Part shown: positions 13,203-24,516 of the stretch, piece by piece
How the letters are laid out: every line of letters begins with the position of its first letter
Position numbering within the stretch: the first letter of the stretch is position 1
DNA from: Alloascoidea hylecoeti
Lineage: Eukaryota
Assembly: GCA_001600815.1 (NCBI GenBank)
Contig: BCKZ01000027.1
Location: forward strand, 230,000 to 271,016
Reading direction: 5' to 3'
DNA length: 41,017 bases
Position numbers and translations under genes: made by a program
Notes under the pieces: generated by a model
What the model saw: the letters and a program-made list of their open reading frames with translations, nothing else
The model's database searches: none
Told to the model about the DNA's origin: nothing

Positions 13203-13210
13203 TTACCCGG
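13203..13210 (+). promoter_or_regulatory. Reb1-type site upstream of SWP1
   Basis: TTACCCGG 82 nt before the ATG. Confidence 0.6.
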
Positions 13211-13284
13211 ATGCCACGTTGTAATCCTCATTTTTATTAAATCACCACCAATACTATCATCATTACACACAACAAAACTGAAAA

Positions 13285-14121
13285 ATGCTTTTTTCATCGA
13301 TTCAAGTGTTTTTAATTGGTTTATTTTCAATAATTGGATGTGTTCAATCCAAAAATATTATTGATGACTTAACACTTAGTATTAATAATGAAAAATATTC
13401 AATTCCAACAATTAATGAAATAATAATTTCATCTGATTCATCAATTAAGATTAATTCAAAAGCCTTAGGATTAAGTATTTCTAATGATAAATATTATCAT
13501 CAGGTTGAGTTGATTATTAAGGATACTTTGAGTGGTTTAGAACAAGGATTTTTAGGATCAATTAAACAAAATGGAGAAATTGCTTTAAGTATTGATGATG
13601 TTTCTAAAATTTCAAAATCATTACTTGTTAAGGAAGGACCTTTGGAATTTATAATTGTTTTGGGATCATTTAATGATGATTTTGAATCTATTATTAAAAC
13701 TATTGCAAGTAACGTTATTGTTGATTCAAAATTTAAAGAATCTATATTAAAAGGCTATCAAGAACCATTACGATATGGACCTAAATTAGAAATCAATCAT
13801 ATTTTTAGAAGTGCTGAAAAGACAGTTCCTGTTATTGTTTCATTAACATTTTCAACATTATTGATTGCTGTTCTTTTTGGATTAATTGTTGCATGGCTAG
13901 GAACTGGAGCAATTTCAAAATTTTCAAATAAACCACATTGGAGTATTAATTCAATTATATTTTTAACAATTATTGGTTTTATTGAATTTACATTTGTTAA
14001 ATATTATTTGGGAGATTCGATTTTTATAACGTTGGCAAGATCTAGTTTTCTTGGTACTTTTGCAGTTTATTTTGGAAGCAGAACATTAAGGGAAGCAAGA
14101 GTTAGAAGAGTTGAGAAATAA
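13285..14121 (+). CDS. SWP1: Oligosaccharyltransferase subunit delta (ribophorin II family)
   Basis: Signal peptide; RYGPKLEINHIFRSAEKT motif; three C-terminal transmembrane segments ending GSRTLR. Confidence 0.93.
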   Translation: MLFSSIQVFLIGLFSIIGCVQSKNIIDDLTLSINNEKYSIPTINEIIISSDSSIKINSKALGLSISNDKYYHQVELIIKDTLSGLEQGFLGSIKQNGEIALSIDDVSKISKSLLVKEGPLEFIIVLGSFNDDFESIIKTIASNVIVDSKFKESILKGYQEPLRYGPKLEINHIFRSAEKTVPVIVSLTFSTLLIAVLFGLIVAWLGTGAISKFSNKPHWSINSIIFLTIIGFIEFTFVKYYLGDSIFITLARSSFLGTFAVYFGSRTLREARVRRVEK

Positions 14122-14270
14122 ATTTAAATGTCCTTCTTCATATATATACAACTACAATTATTAAGAAATTTCAAGCCTGAATCTATTTCATTTTCAATTG
14201 TATATTTATAAATAGTATACCTACATAGTTAATGCCGATGAATTAATATTATTATACTATGTATATTTGA

Positions 14271-15059
14271 TTATAAACCATTTCCTTTATAATCTTCCAA
14301 TGAATTTTTAATTTTTTTAAAGCCAATAAAAGGTATAAATGACCATTCAGATTCTTTCCTTGAACCTTCTTTTTTAAACCAACTAACTCCATAACATTTT
14401 CCTTGTATTAAAGCTAATGGTACTAAACCATATGATCTTGAATCTGATGAATAAGGTAAGTTATCTCCTGTTACCCAGCAATGACCAGGTGGTATTTTTA
14501 TGAATGTATTATATGGGTCAGGGTCTATTGGTTTAACTTGTGGGATTTGGTTTTGATTTTGATTTGTATCGTTTTGTAATACTTTTGATAATTTTGATAA
14601 TTTTGATTTTGATTTCGATTTTGATTCTGAATCTTCAATATTTTTTAATATTTGTATTTTTTCTTGTAATTTCGATATATTTTCACTCTTCAATATTCTT
14701 GAAGAATTAGAAGATTGGTCATTTTGTGTATTTGAAGAAGTATTATTCCAATGATAATTACTACTTGGATCGATTAATATAATATCACCAGGCATGCCAG
14801 TTATTCTTTTACAAACACCTTGTTCAGGATCCATTGGTTTTAAAGATATAACAACATCACCAACTTTTATATTTTTACCAAATAAATGACCTAATTTAAG
14901 TAAATGTACAAAATCACCTTCAGCTTGAATTGTTGGAAACATTGATTCTCCTTTTGTTTCTGAACATGTATAAAAATGTGTAAAAAAAACATGACCAAAG
15001 CACATTGTTCGTAGACATATTGAACCTGCTTTTAAAGTAGCATCTGATATTATTCCCAT
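14271..15059 (-). CDS. IMP1: Mitochondrial inner membrane peptidase subunit 1 (peptidase S26) with a low-complexity insertion
   Basis: GESMFPT (catalytic Ser), VCKRITGMPGD (catalytic Lys), IPPGHCWVTGDNLPYSSDSRSYG; convergent with SWP1. Confidence 0.93.
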   Translation of the reverse strand: MGIISDATLKAGSICLRTMCFGHVFFTHFYTCSETKGESMFPTIQAEGDFVHLLKLGHLFGKNIKVGDVVISLKPMDPEQGVCKRITGMPGDIILIDPSSNYHWNNTSSNTQNDQSSNSSRILKSENISKLQEKIQILKNIEDSESKSKSKSKLSKLSKVLQNDTNQNQNQIPQVKPIDPDPYNTFIKIPPGHCWVTGDNLPYSSDSRSYGLVPLALIQGKCYGVSWFKKEGSRKESEWSFIPFIGFKKIKNSLEDYKGNGL

Positions 15060-15206
15060 TAATATTATGATGATTTATGATATTTTATGATATTTTATGA
15101 TATTATATTGTTCCAATTGGAGGTTTGGAAGAATATTTGTAACATCCTACACCTACAACTATCTAACATAACATTTATAAGTTTTACAAACTTTCATAAT
15201 ATATCA

Positions 15207-16115
15207 ATGCCATTATCTGAATATCTAGCAAAAAAGTATTTAAACTCATCTAATTCTAGTATACAGTCAAAATCCAAGACGAAAAAGCGAAAACACGATA
15301 AAATTATAGAATCAAAAGGATTGGAAATTGAAGAAGATGATATCACAGGATGGGAAGATGATTTAAAAAATAGTGATGAAGAAAATGAAAATGGTGAGTT
15401 TAAACCTACGATAGTTCAAGGGAAAAAACCAAAGAAAGAAATACGATGGAAGAATATAAAAAATGAAATAACAACAAATATTAATGAAATAAAGAAAGAA
15501 ATTCCTACAAGTACAACTACACCTAAATTTGGATTATACACATCAGAAGAATATGAAGAATTAACAAATTTAAATGATTTAAAATTAAAACAAACAAAAT
15601 TGAAATCAAAACCAAAAATTGAAACTATTTACAGAGATGCAACAAATAGAAGAATTAATATAAATTCTAAAAAATCACAAGTTGAAGAAGAAATAAAATT
15701 AAACAAAAAACAAGAAATTGAAAAACAAATTCAAAATTCAAATTTTCAAAAAGGTTTTATACAAGAAGTTAATAAACAAAAATTAAATGAAGAATTAAAT
15801 CAATTAAAATTAAAACCTTTAGGGAGAACGAAAAATGATAAAGAATTAAATGATTCTTTAAAAAATAAATTATTTTTTAATGATCCAGCTTTAGAATTTT
15901 TAGAAAATACTGATAAACATGTCAATAGTTCAAGATCGATTACTGGTAAAAAGTTATATACAGGAATATCACCAGCCAACCGATTTGGCATAACACCTGG
16001 ATATAAATGGGACGGAGTGGACAGATCGAATGGATTTGAACAATACTATTTTGATAAAATCAATGAAAAAAAGCAGAAAAAAGATGTTTCTTATGCGATG
16101 GAAATGGATGTTTAA
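15207..16115 (+). CDS. BUD13: RES-complex pre-mRNA splicing factor Bud13/Cwc26
   Basis: Likely start MPLSEYLAKKY at 15207 rather than 15087; ETIYRDA, NDPALEF, NRFGITPGYKWDGVDRSNGFE. Confidence 0.93.
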   Translation: MPLSEYLAKKYLNSSNSSIQSKSKTKKRKHDKIIESKGLEIEEDDITGWEDDLKNSDEENENGEFKPTIVQGKKPKKEIRWKNIKNEITTNINEIKKEIPTSTTTPKFGLYTSEEYEELTNLNDLKLKQTKLKSKPKIETIYRDATNRRININSKKSQVEEEIKLNKKQEIEKQIQNSNFQKGFIQEVNKQKLNEELNQLKLKPLGRTKNDKELNDSLKNKLFFNDPALEFLENTDKHVNSSRSITGKKLYTGISPANRFGITPGYKWDGVDRSNGFEQYYFDKINEKKQKKDVSYAMEMDV

Positions 16116-16262
16116 TATTTTATGTAGTGTATATTTTATACCTTTATAGTATATTTCAGAACAGTGCTACCCGGATCTAATGGCAAATTCATAACACCAA
16201 ACCAATTTAAACCTCCTTCTCTGTATCTTCATCACTTCATCAATTCTTAATTCTCAGGAAAA

Positions 16263-17832
16263 ATGGTTGAACTCTCAAAAGATCAGGTATCTGATGGCGA
16301 TGTTGAAATGGAAAGTAACCATGGACTGGAAAAAGAACGTGCTATTGCTGATGGTACGTCATACTATTATTATTAAATAAAATTACTTTACTAAACTTTA
16401 TGATAGAAATCTACGAACAATTCATTCTTTTAAAAAAAGCTGAGGTCAATTATGATCAAAGGTTTATTTTAAAGGTATTTCGAGAATTGGCTCATTTAAG
16501 AAAGAAGCTTTCAGATGATGTTTTAGCATTAGCTATAAATACAGCATATCCATATGATAATGAAACAAGATCATATTTAACTAAAGTTATTGACCCAACA
16601 GGTGTATGTATTTTGATTTATTAACTGCTAATTTGATAAAAACTAATATGGTATTGATATTGAAGGCTTTTGATAATACTTTAGATACTGATTCTTCAGC
16701 AGTTCCAATTCCAGAAGTTGATTTATATCTTCATCTTTTAGTATTAATTCATTTTTTAGATAGTAATAGATTAAAGGATGCAATTAATTTAACAAAAGAT
16801 ATAATTGAAAGACTTCATTTCTATAATGGTAGTACACTTGATTTTATTTCAGCAAAATTATGGTTTTATATTGCGAGAAGTTATGAATTAACAAATAATT
16901 TAATTTCAATTAGACCACAATTATTAATTGCATTAAGAACATCAACTTTAAGACATTATACTGAAACTCAAGCTTCTTTAATTACTTTATTATTAAGAAA
17001 TTATATTGCAACTTCAGATTATTCACATGCTTCAAATTTAGTTTCAAAAGCTTCATTTCCTGAAGAAGCAGGAAATGCTCTTGTTGCAAGATATTATTAT
17101 TATTTGGCAAAAATTCATTCAATTCAATTAGACTATTCAACAGCTCATGAATTTTGTATTGGTGCAATTAGAAAAGCACCACAAAGTAAATTAACTGCCG
17201 GTTTTTTACAAGCTGCAAATAAATTAAATATTGTTATTGAATTATTAATGGGTGATATACCTGAATTATCAGTTTTTAGACAACCTTTGCTTGAAAAAAG
17301 TTTAATACCTTATGGAGCCGTTGCAAGTGCAGTAAGAGTTGGAGATTTAAATTTATTTTCTCAAACATTAACAAAATATAGTAATTTATTAAAAAAAGAT
17401 GGTACTTATAGTTTGGTTTTAAGATTAAGACAAAATGTTATAAAAACTGGTATTCGTATTATGAGTTTAACATATTCAAGAATTTCGTTAAAAGATATTT
17501 GTATTAAATTACAATTAGAAAGTGAAGAATCTGCTGAATATATTGTTGCAAAAGCAATTAGAGATGGAGTTATTGAAGCAACATTAAATCATGAAAAAGG
17601 TTATATGCAAAGTAAAGAAGTTTTAGATGTTTATTCAACAAATGAACCACAACAAACCTTTCATCAACGTATTCAATTTTGTATTAGTCTTCATAATGAT
17701 AGTGTTAAAGCAATGAGATATCCAATGAGTACAAATAGAGTTGATTTAAAAACTGATGAAGAGATTAGAGAAAGAGAAAATGAACTTGTTAATGAAATTC
17801 AAGATGGTGATTTAGATGGTGATTTCTTTTAA
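16263..17832 (+). CDS. RPN3: 26S proteasome lid subunit Rpn3, 484 aa; exons 16263-16353, 16407-16603, 16666-17832
   Basis: PCI domain (LLMGDIPE, LRLRQNVIKTGIR, AKAIRDGVIEA, YSTNEPQ..FHQRI); introns GTACGT..TAG and GTATGT..AAG splice in frame. Confidence 0.96.
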
Positions 17833-17939
17833 CCTTTCATAAATTATTATGATTCATCATTATCAATTTATAAAATTATCAATTTGTCATAAATATAACT
17901 ATATAAAGATTGTAAATGTCTAGATTGCTCATTTAAAAA

Positions 17940-18613
17940 TTAATCAGAATCTTCTTTATCTTCATTTTCATCATCTTCTTCAATATCTTCTAAACTTCGT
18001 TCTAATTCTTCAACAGCACGTCTTTGATTTTCTTCAACTATAGTATTTGCTTCAACTTCCATTTCACTTTGATTTTTATTATACATTATGAAATTTAAAA
18101 CAGTTTCAATTCCAAAATAACAAAAAACTAATCCATTACATACTAATGGATTAGAACCAAAAACACAAAATGTACAAACACCAAATGATGTAAACATTCT
18201 AAAAGGGACTATTATATTTAATGGTTAGTATTTCATTTCATTTCATTGAAATATATATAAAATTAGTAATAGATATAAACTTACGCATAGACCGGAAATA
18301 ATTTCTATTATTTTCAAACATTGGAATTAAATCATTTAAACCAAGTAATATAATTAGAATAGCAACAACACCAACTAAAGAATCATATTCATTTAATTCA
18401 ACTAAAGGCTATCATTTCCATAATTAGTCAGTATTAACTTTATTTTATTATAATTCTTCATCGTTGGTACTTATGACTTACCAGTCCCATTGCTTGGGAT
18501 AATAAATAAATCGTTGGATTATGTGCTATTGAAGAAGGATTTTTGAACAGCAGAAAAGAAATGGTGAATAAGAAGCAACATCGTAGATATGCTAAATTAT
18601 AAACAGAGATCAT
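17940..18613 (-). CDS. ILM1: Ilm1-family membrane protein, 174 aa; exons 18613-18482, 18408-18285, 18208-17940
   Basis: Two GTAAGT..TAG introns give a continuous frame: MISVYNLAYLRCCFLFTISFLLFKNP...LLSQAMGLP...NDLIPMFENN..YFRSMLPFR...NGLVFCYFGIE. Mostly missed by the ORF track. Confidence 0.8.
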
Positions 18614-18684
18614 TTTTTGGTATATTTTTGTATAATTTTGAAAATTTCAGATAAATAAAATGCCAACCTGTGAAATATTGGAAA

Positions 18685-18692
18685 TTACCCGG
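18685..18692 (+). promoter_or_regulatory. Reb1-type site upstream of ILM1
   Basis: TTACCCGG 72 nt from the ATG at 18613. Confidence 0.6.
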
Positions 18693-18913
18693 AATAACAT
18701 ATAGGGTCTCTTCATCTTATAATCATATTATAAAATAAAAGTTATTTATCATGATAATTAGATACAATTGTAATCCATTTATAATATAAAATATGAAGTA
18801 TATAGAATTTAATATATATAAACATTAAACAATACGCATCAAAATTTATGATCCATTATTATAACTTGAACTATTTACTATGTATATTTTTTTCTTACAA
18901 GCAACAAATCTGA

Positions 18914-19789
18914 TTACTTCTTAGTGCCCAACGATGTAGCAATGTTAGTTGCTTCTTCAACAGCTCTAGCAACAGCACTACGGACCTTATTATCCTCCAT
19001 AACCAACAAACCTCCAATTGTAGTTCCACCAGGAGTACAAACCCGACTTCTTAAAACGGCAGGATGATTACCTGCAAGTACTAATTGACCAGTTCCTGCC
19101 ATTACTTGGGCTGCACATTCTTTAGCAACATCAAAAGGAAGACCCATTCTTACTCCTCCATCTATTAATGCTTCCATTACAAGTAAACAAAAAGCCGGTC
19201 CACTTCCAACCAATGCAGTTGCAACATCCATATATTTTTCATCCATAAACTGGGATCTACCTGTTTGATTGAATATCCATTCAATTGCCTTTTGACCAGA
19301 TTTTGGAACTTCAATATCTGTTGGTAATGAAACAATAGCCATACCTTGTGAAATTTGAGCAGGAGTATTGGTCATAACTCTTGCAATTATATTTTTACCA
19401 CCAGTTAAAGTAGACAATTGTTTAATTGTTTTACCAGCAACAATACTTATAATTATTTTACCTTCTAATAATCCAGGAATTGATGTTAAATCACCAATTA
19501 TTTTATCAACTAAAAATGGTTTACATGATAATAATATAACATCAGATGCTTTAATTGCTGGTTCATTATTATCATCGAAAATTTCAACTTTATTACCAAA
19601 TTGTTTTTCCACAATGTCAACTCCTCCTTTAACACAACAGAGAATTCTTCCTGGTAATGGAATTTCGGTATTTTGTGATTTTTTGGCTTCTTCAAGATTG
19701 CTAAGAACTGCACTTGTAATTGCTGAACCCATGACTCCACAGCCAAGAATACAGAGGGTGTAGTTTGATTTGAGTTCTCCTAAGACCAT
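18914..19789 (-). CDS. PRO3: Delta-1-pyrroline-5-carboxylate reductase
   Basis: LGCGVMGSAI Rossmann motif, ARVMTNTP, ATALVGSGPAF, VCTPGGTTIGGL. Confidence 0.97.
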   Translation of the reverse strand: MVLGELKSNYTLCILGCGVMGSAITSAVLSNLEEAKKSQNTEIPLPGRILCCVKGGVDIVEKQFGNKVEIFDDNNEPAIKASDVILLSCKPFLVDKIIGDLTSIPGLLEGKIIISIVAGKTIKQLSTLTGGKNIIARVMTNTPAQISQGMAIVSLPTDIEVPKSGQKAIEWIFNQTGRSQFMDEKYMDVATALVGSGPAFCLLVMEALIDGGVRMGLPFDVAKECAAQVMAGTGQLVLAGNHPAVLRSRVCTPGGTTIGGLLVMEDNKVRSAVARAVEEATNIATSLGTKK

Positions 19790-20049
19790 TTTATTTTTTT
19801 AATTTATTGATGAATTGATGATATTTATATTGATATCTGATGATAAGATAAAATTGACAAAGATTGAAAAATTGAAAGAAAATTGAAAATCCGGTCACAT
19901 GACACACAGTTTACTTTTTTTACTTTTGCTTAATGATTACTCATCAACTTTTCAAGAGACTGGTATGCCATTTTGTTTATGTAAGCTCGAGATTTATTTT
20001 GCTTATGTAGTGATGTTGCCTATAATTATAAGAAAATTAGATATTCATC

Positions 20050-20052
<3 letters not shown>

Positions 20053-20083
<31 letters not shown>
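20053..20083. repeat. (AT)n microsatellite
   Basis: About 15 AT units. Confidence 0.9.
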
Positions 20084-20084
<1 letters not shown>

Positions 20085-21889
20085 CAGTTAATACCTTTCT
20101 CTTGGCCGAATATTAACTATTCAAAAGAATGGCTGTGTGTGAAATGGCATGCATATGGTCCCTTGAAACAAAAGTAACACAGCCCGTAGATTAACCCATT
20201 TATTAAATATCTAAAAATATATGACTATCAGAAATTCAACGCCTATGAGGAAATCCAATAAGATCAGCTAAATTTCTCTTTTTTCTCCTAATTTCTCCAC
20301 CATCTCTTATATCATCTTTAGAATCAATTGGCCTTTTTCTAGATCTTCGGTCTTCCGGTCTAGGTCTAGATGATCTAGAAGAAGATTTATATGAATATCC
20401 AGAAGAATGTTCAGGTGGATGTCTAGAAGAATGTCTAGACGAGTGTTTAGAAGAATGCCGATCGTGAGATGAAAGTCTATAAGATCGAGATGAAGAAGTC
20501 AGATCCTTAGTTACTCTAGGTCTAACTTCAAGTGAATTTCTTACATGATCATCAAAAGTGTTGAATCTTCTATGACTGTAATCTTTATCAATGATGTCGT
20601 TATTACTGGGATTTATCTTCATAGGAGATGTAGTTTGTGGTTGAGGTGAATCATGATGTTTTGATGTTTTAATTCTTTTATCATATGGTGATGGCGATGG
20701 AGTTCTCTTAAGCAATGGTTTTGGAAATGATGGAGCTGTAAGATGTTTTTTATATGCAATATCATGATCTGATGATGGTGATAGGATTGTAGTTGTCTTA
20801 AGCATTGTTTTTGGAAATGAGGGAGGAGTATTATGCTTTTTGTAAACTATATCATGATCAGGATCTGATGAAATGGATATATTCGGTGATGGGTATTGAT
20901 TAGTTTTATTATTTTCTTGAGCTTTATTTTGATTATTTGAATTTTGTGTTTCTTTAACAATAATCTTCTTTTCATTATTTGATAATTTTGCTAATGATTC
21001 CTTGATTAATTCTAATTGTTTTGGTTTTTCATGTTCATTTATTGATTCAAGGGTTTTAATTTCAGATAGGATTTGATCAAATATTTCCTTGCTGGTTTGC
21101 TTTGGAGTTGGTGATGATTTTTCAGGATTTGAATTTGATGAAAATGTAGGTGTAATATTTGGAATTTGAGTTTTCGTTGTATGTGCAATTGATGATGATG
21201 ATGATGATGTTGATGATGATGCTACTTGTATGCGTTTATCAGTATGGTATGTTAAATTGTCGGCTGGGAAACGTTTATTTTCAAATTTATTATCAGTTTT
21301 CATATCAGGCTCATTCTCATGGTGTGTTTCAACCTTAATATCTTTTTGTTTAAAATTATACTGTTTACTAATCAAATGAACATTATTTTTATTTAATTTT
21401 GAATCTGATAAAGTTGAAGATTTAACGATATCATTAATAGTTTCCAGTGGACTTCTTGCTCTGTGAGAATTAGAATTAGATTTCGAGATAGGCAGATTGT
21501 TACTATTTGAGATATTGCCATTTGAGATACTGCCATTTGATACAGTTAAAGATTCACTATCTTCATGTTTGTATAATGATGAGTTTGAAGGAGGGATAAT
21601 ATTCGTAGTAGTAGAAATATTCTTCATTGTAATATCTTTAGGTGGGATAACATCCGGTTTATTCTTTTCTAAAGAAGTTGGTAATTCGATCATATTAACT
21701 TTTTGTTTTCTTTTAATATCGATAGATTTTACATTTATTTTCTTATTAATTTGTTTTAATTTTTTGGTTTTTTGAATTAAAAGTTTCTCATCATTTTCAT
21801 TATATAATCCTTTAAGAAATGTTTTTGTCTTTAATTTAGTTTTTGATTTTGATTTTTTTGATTTCTTTTCATTTTCATCTTCTAAAAAA

Positions 21890-23326
<1,437 letters not shown>

Positions 23327-23400
23327 TTTTAACAAATATATAAAACTTTGAAATAAATAATATCGGTGAGAGAATCTTCTTTTCGATATTATTTTGTTTC

Positions 23401-23408
23401 CACGTGAC
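23401..23408 (-). promoter_or_regulatory. Cbf1-type E-box (GTCACGTG) in the divergent TGS1/ESF2 promoter
   Basis: CACGTGAC near the middle of the 142-bp intergenic region; related RTCACRTG sites at 19894-19901 (PRO3) and 27575-27582 (DSS1). Confidence 0.55.
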
Positions 23409-23468
23409 TCCCTGCTACACTCTAAATATTTTTTTCTTTTCCTTACATGAAAAATATTCAAAATCAAA

Positions 23469-24446
23469 ATGAAAGATGATTATGAAGATATGTTTGAACA
23501 TTCGGACTCTGATTCCGAAGATGAAAGTAGACATCAAGGAAGTAATCACGATGAAATGGAAACGATAGCAAGGTCGAGGATCGGAAGTAAGAGAACCACA
23601 AAGAGAGATAAATTTAAAGTTGATGATGATGATGATGATTTTGCTTCAGATGATGATCAGGAAAAAAAAATGGAGACAAATGATATAGACGATGAAGATC
23701 ATATCAAAAGTGAAAGTGAAAGTGAAAAAACTGAAGTAAAAGAATCCAAAAAAACAGTTAAACCATTAACAGAAAAAAAACTTAAGAAACTTCAATCAAA
23801 AATTAAAAAAACTGGTGTTATTTATTTATCATCAATACCACCATATATGAAACCATTTGCGTTAGAAAAAATATTATCAAAATTTGGACCAACAAATAGA
23901 ATATTTTTAAAACCTGAAGATTCAAAAACACATACTTTAAGGAAACATTCAGGAGGGAATAAAAAAATGAAATATACAGAAGGATGGGTTGAATTCAAAC
24001 GTAAAAAAGATGCGAAAAAATGTGTTTTAGCACTTAATGGTAATCCAATTGGTGGTAAAAAGTCTTCTTATTATCATGATGATATATTAAATATAAGATA
24101 TTTACATAAATATAAATGGCATAATTTAGTTGAAGATATTGCAGTTGAAAAGAGGAAATTCCAAGAACAAATGATGACTGAAATTGAACAAGCTAAAAAG
24201 GATAATAATACATTTATTGAAAATGTTGAAAGGTCAAAAGCAATTGCTGGCATGCAAGAAAAGAGAAGGCAAAAAAGTTTAAAAGAAAATAAAACTACAA
24301 CAACTGTTCCTGATAAGAAAAAAGAACCAACTATAAGAAGAACATTTGCACAAAGAAAAGTTGTTTCGAATAGAGCTTCGGATCCTGAATCACAAAAGAA
24401 AACAATTGATTCTAAATTAAATGGTGTTCTTAATAAAATATTTTAA
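23469..24446 (+). CDS. ESF2: Pre-rRNA processing RRM protein Esf2/ABT1
   Basis: KTGVIYLSSIPPYMKP, RIFLKPE, YTEGWVEF, LNGNPIGGKKSSYYHDDILNIRYL..YKW. Confidence 0.95.
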   Translation: MKDDYEDMFEHSDSDSEDESRHQGSNHDEMETIARSRIGSKRTTKRDKFKVDDDDDDFASDDDQEKKMETNDIDDEDHIKSESESEKTEVKESKKTVKPLTEKKLKKLQSKIKKTGVIYLSSIPPYMKPFALEKILSKFGPTNRIFLKPEDSKTHTLRKHSGGNKKMKYTEGWVEFKRKKDAKKCVLALNGNPIGGKKSSYYHDDILNIRYLHKYKWHNLVEDIAVEKRKFQEQMMTEIEQAKKDNNTFIENVERSKAIAGMQEKRRQKSLKENKTTTTVPDKKKEPTIRRTFAQRKVVSNRASDPESQKKTIDSKLNGVLNKIF

Positions 24447-24516
24447 TCGTTAATATTAATACATAATATAATACTATATACATTATCTATTTTGTATATT
24501 ATATATTATTTTCTTT

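Noticed and set aside
15087..15206. 40-aa N-terminal extension of BUD13
   Set aside because: The ATG lies in a short ATGATATTTT repeat only 28 nt from the IMP1 start; the conserved Bud13 N-terminus begins at 15207.
19368..19763. 131-aa ORF antisense to PRO3, and similar shadow ORFs at 2598-2957, 21497-21775, 21906-22223 and 26807-27214
   Set aside because: They lie inside well-supported genes and reflect codon bias or low-complexity sequence.
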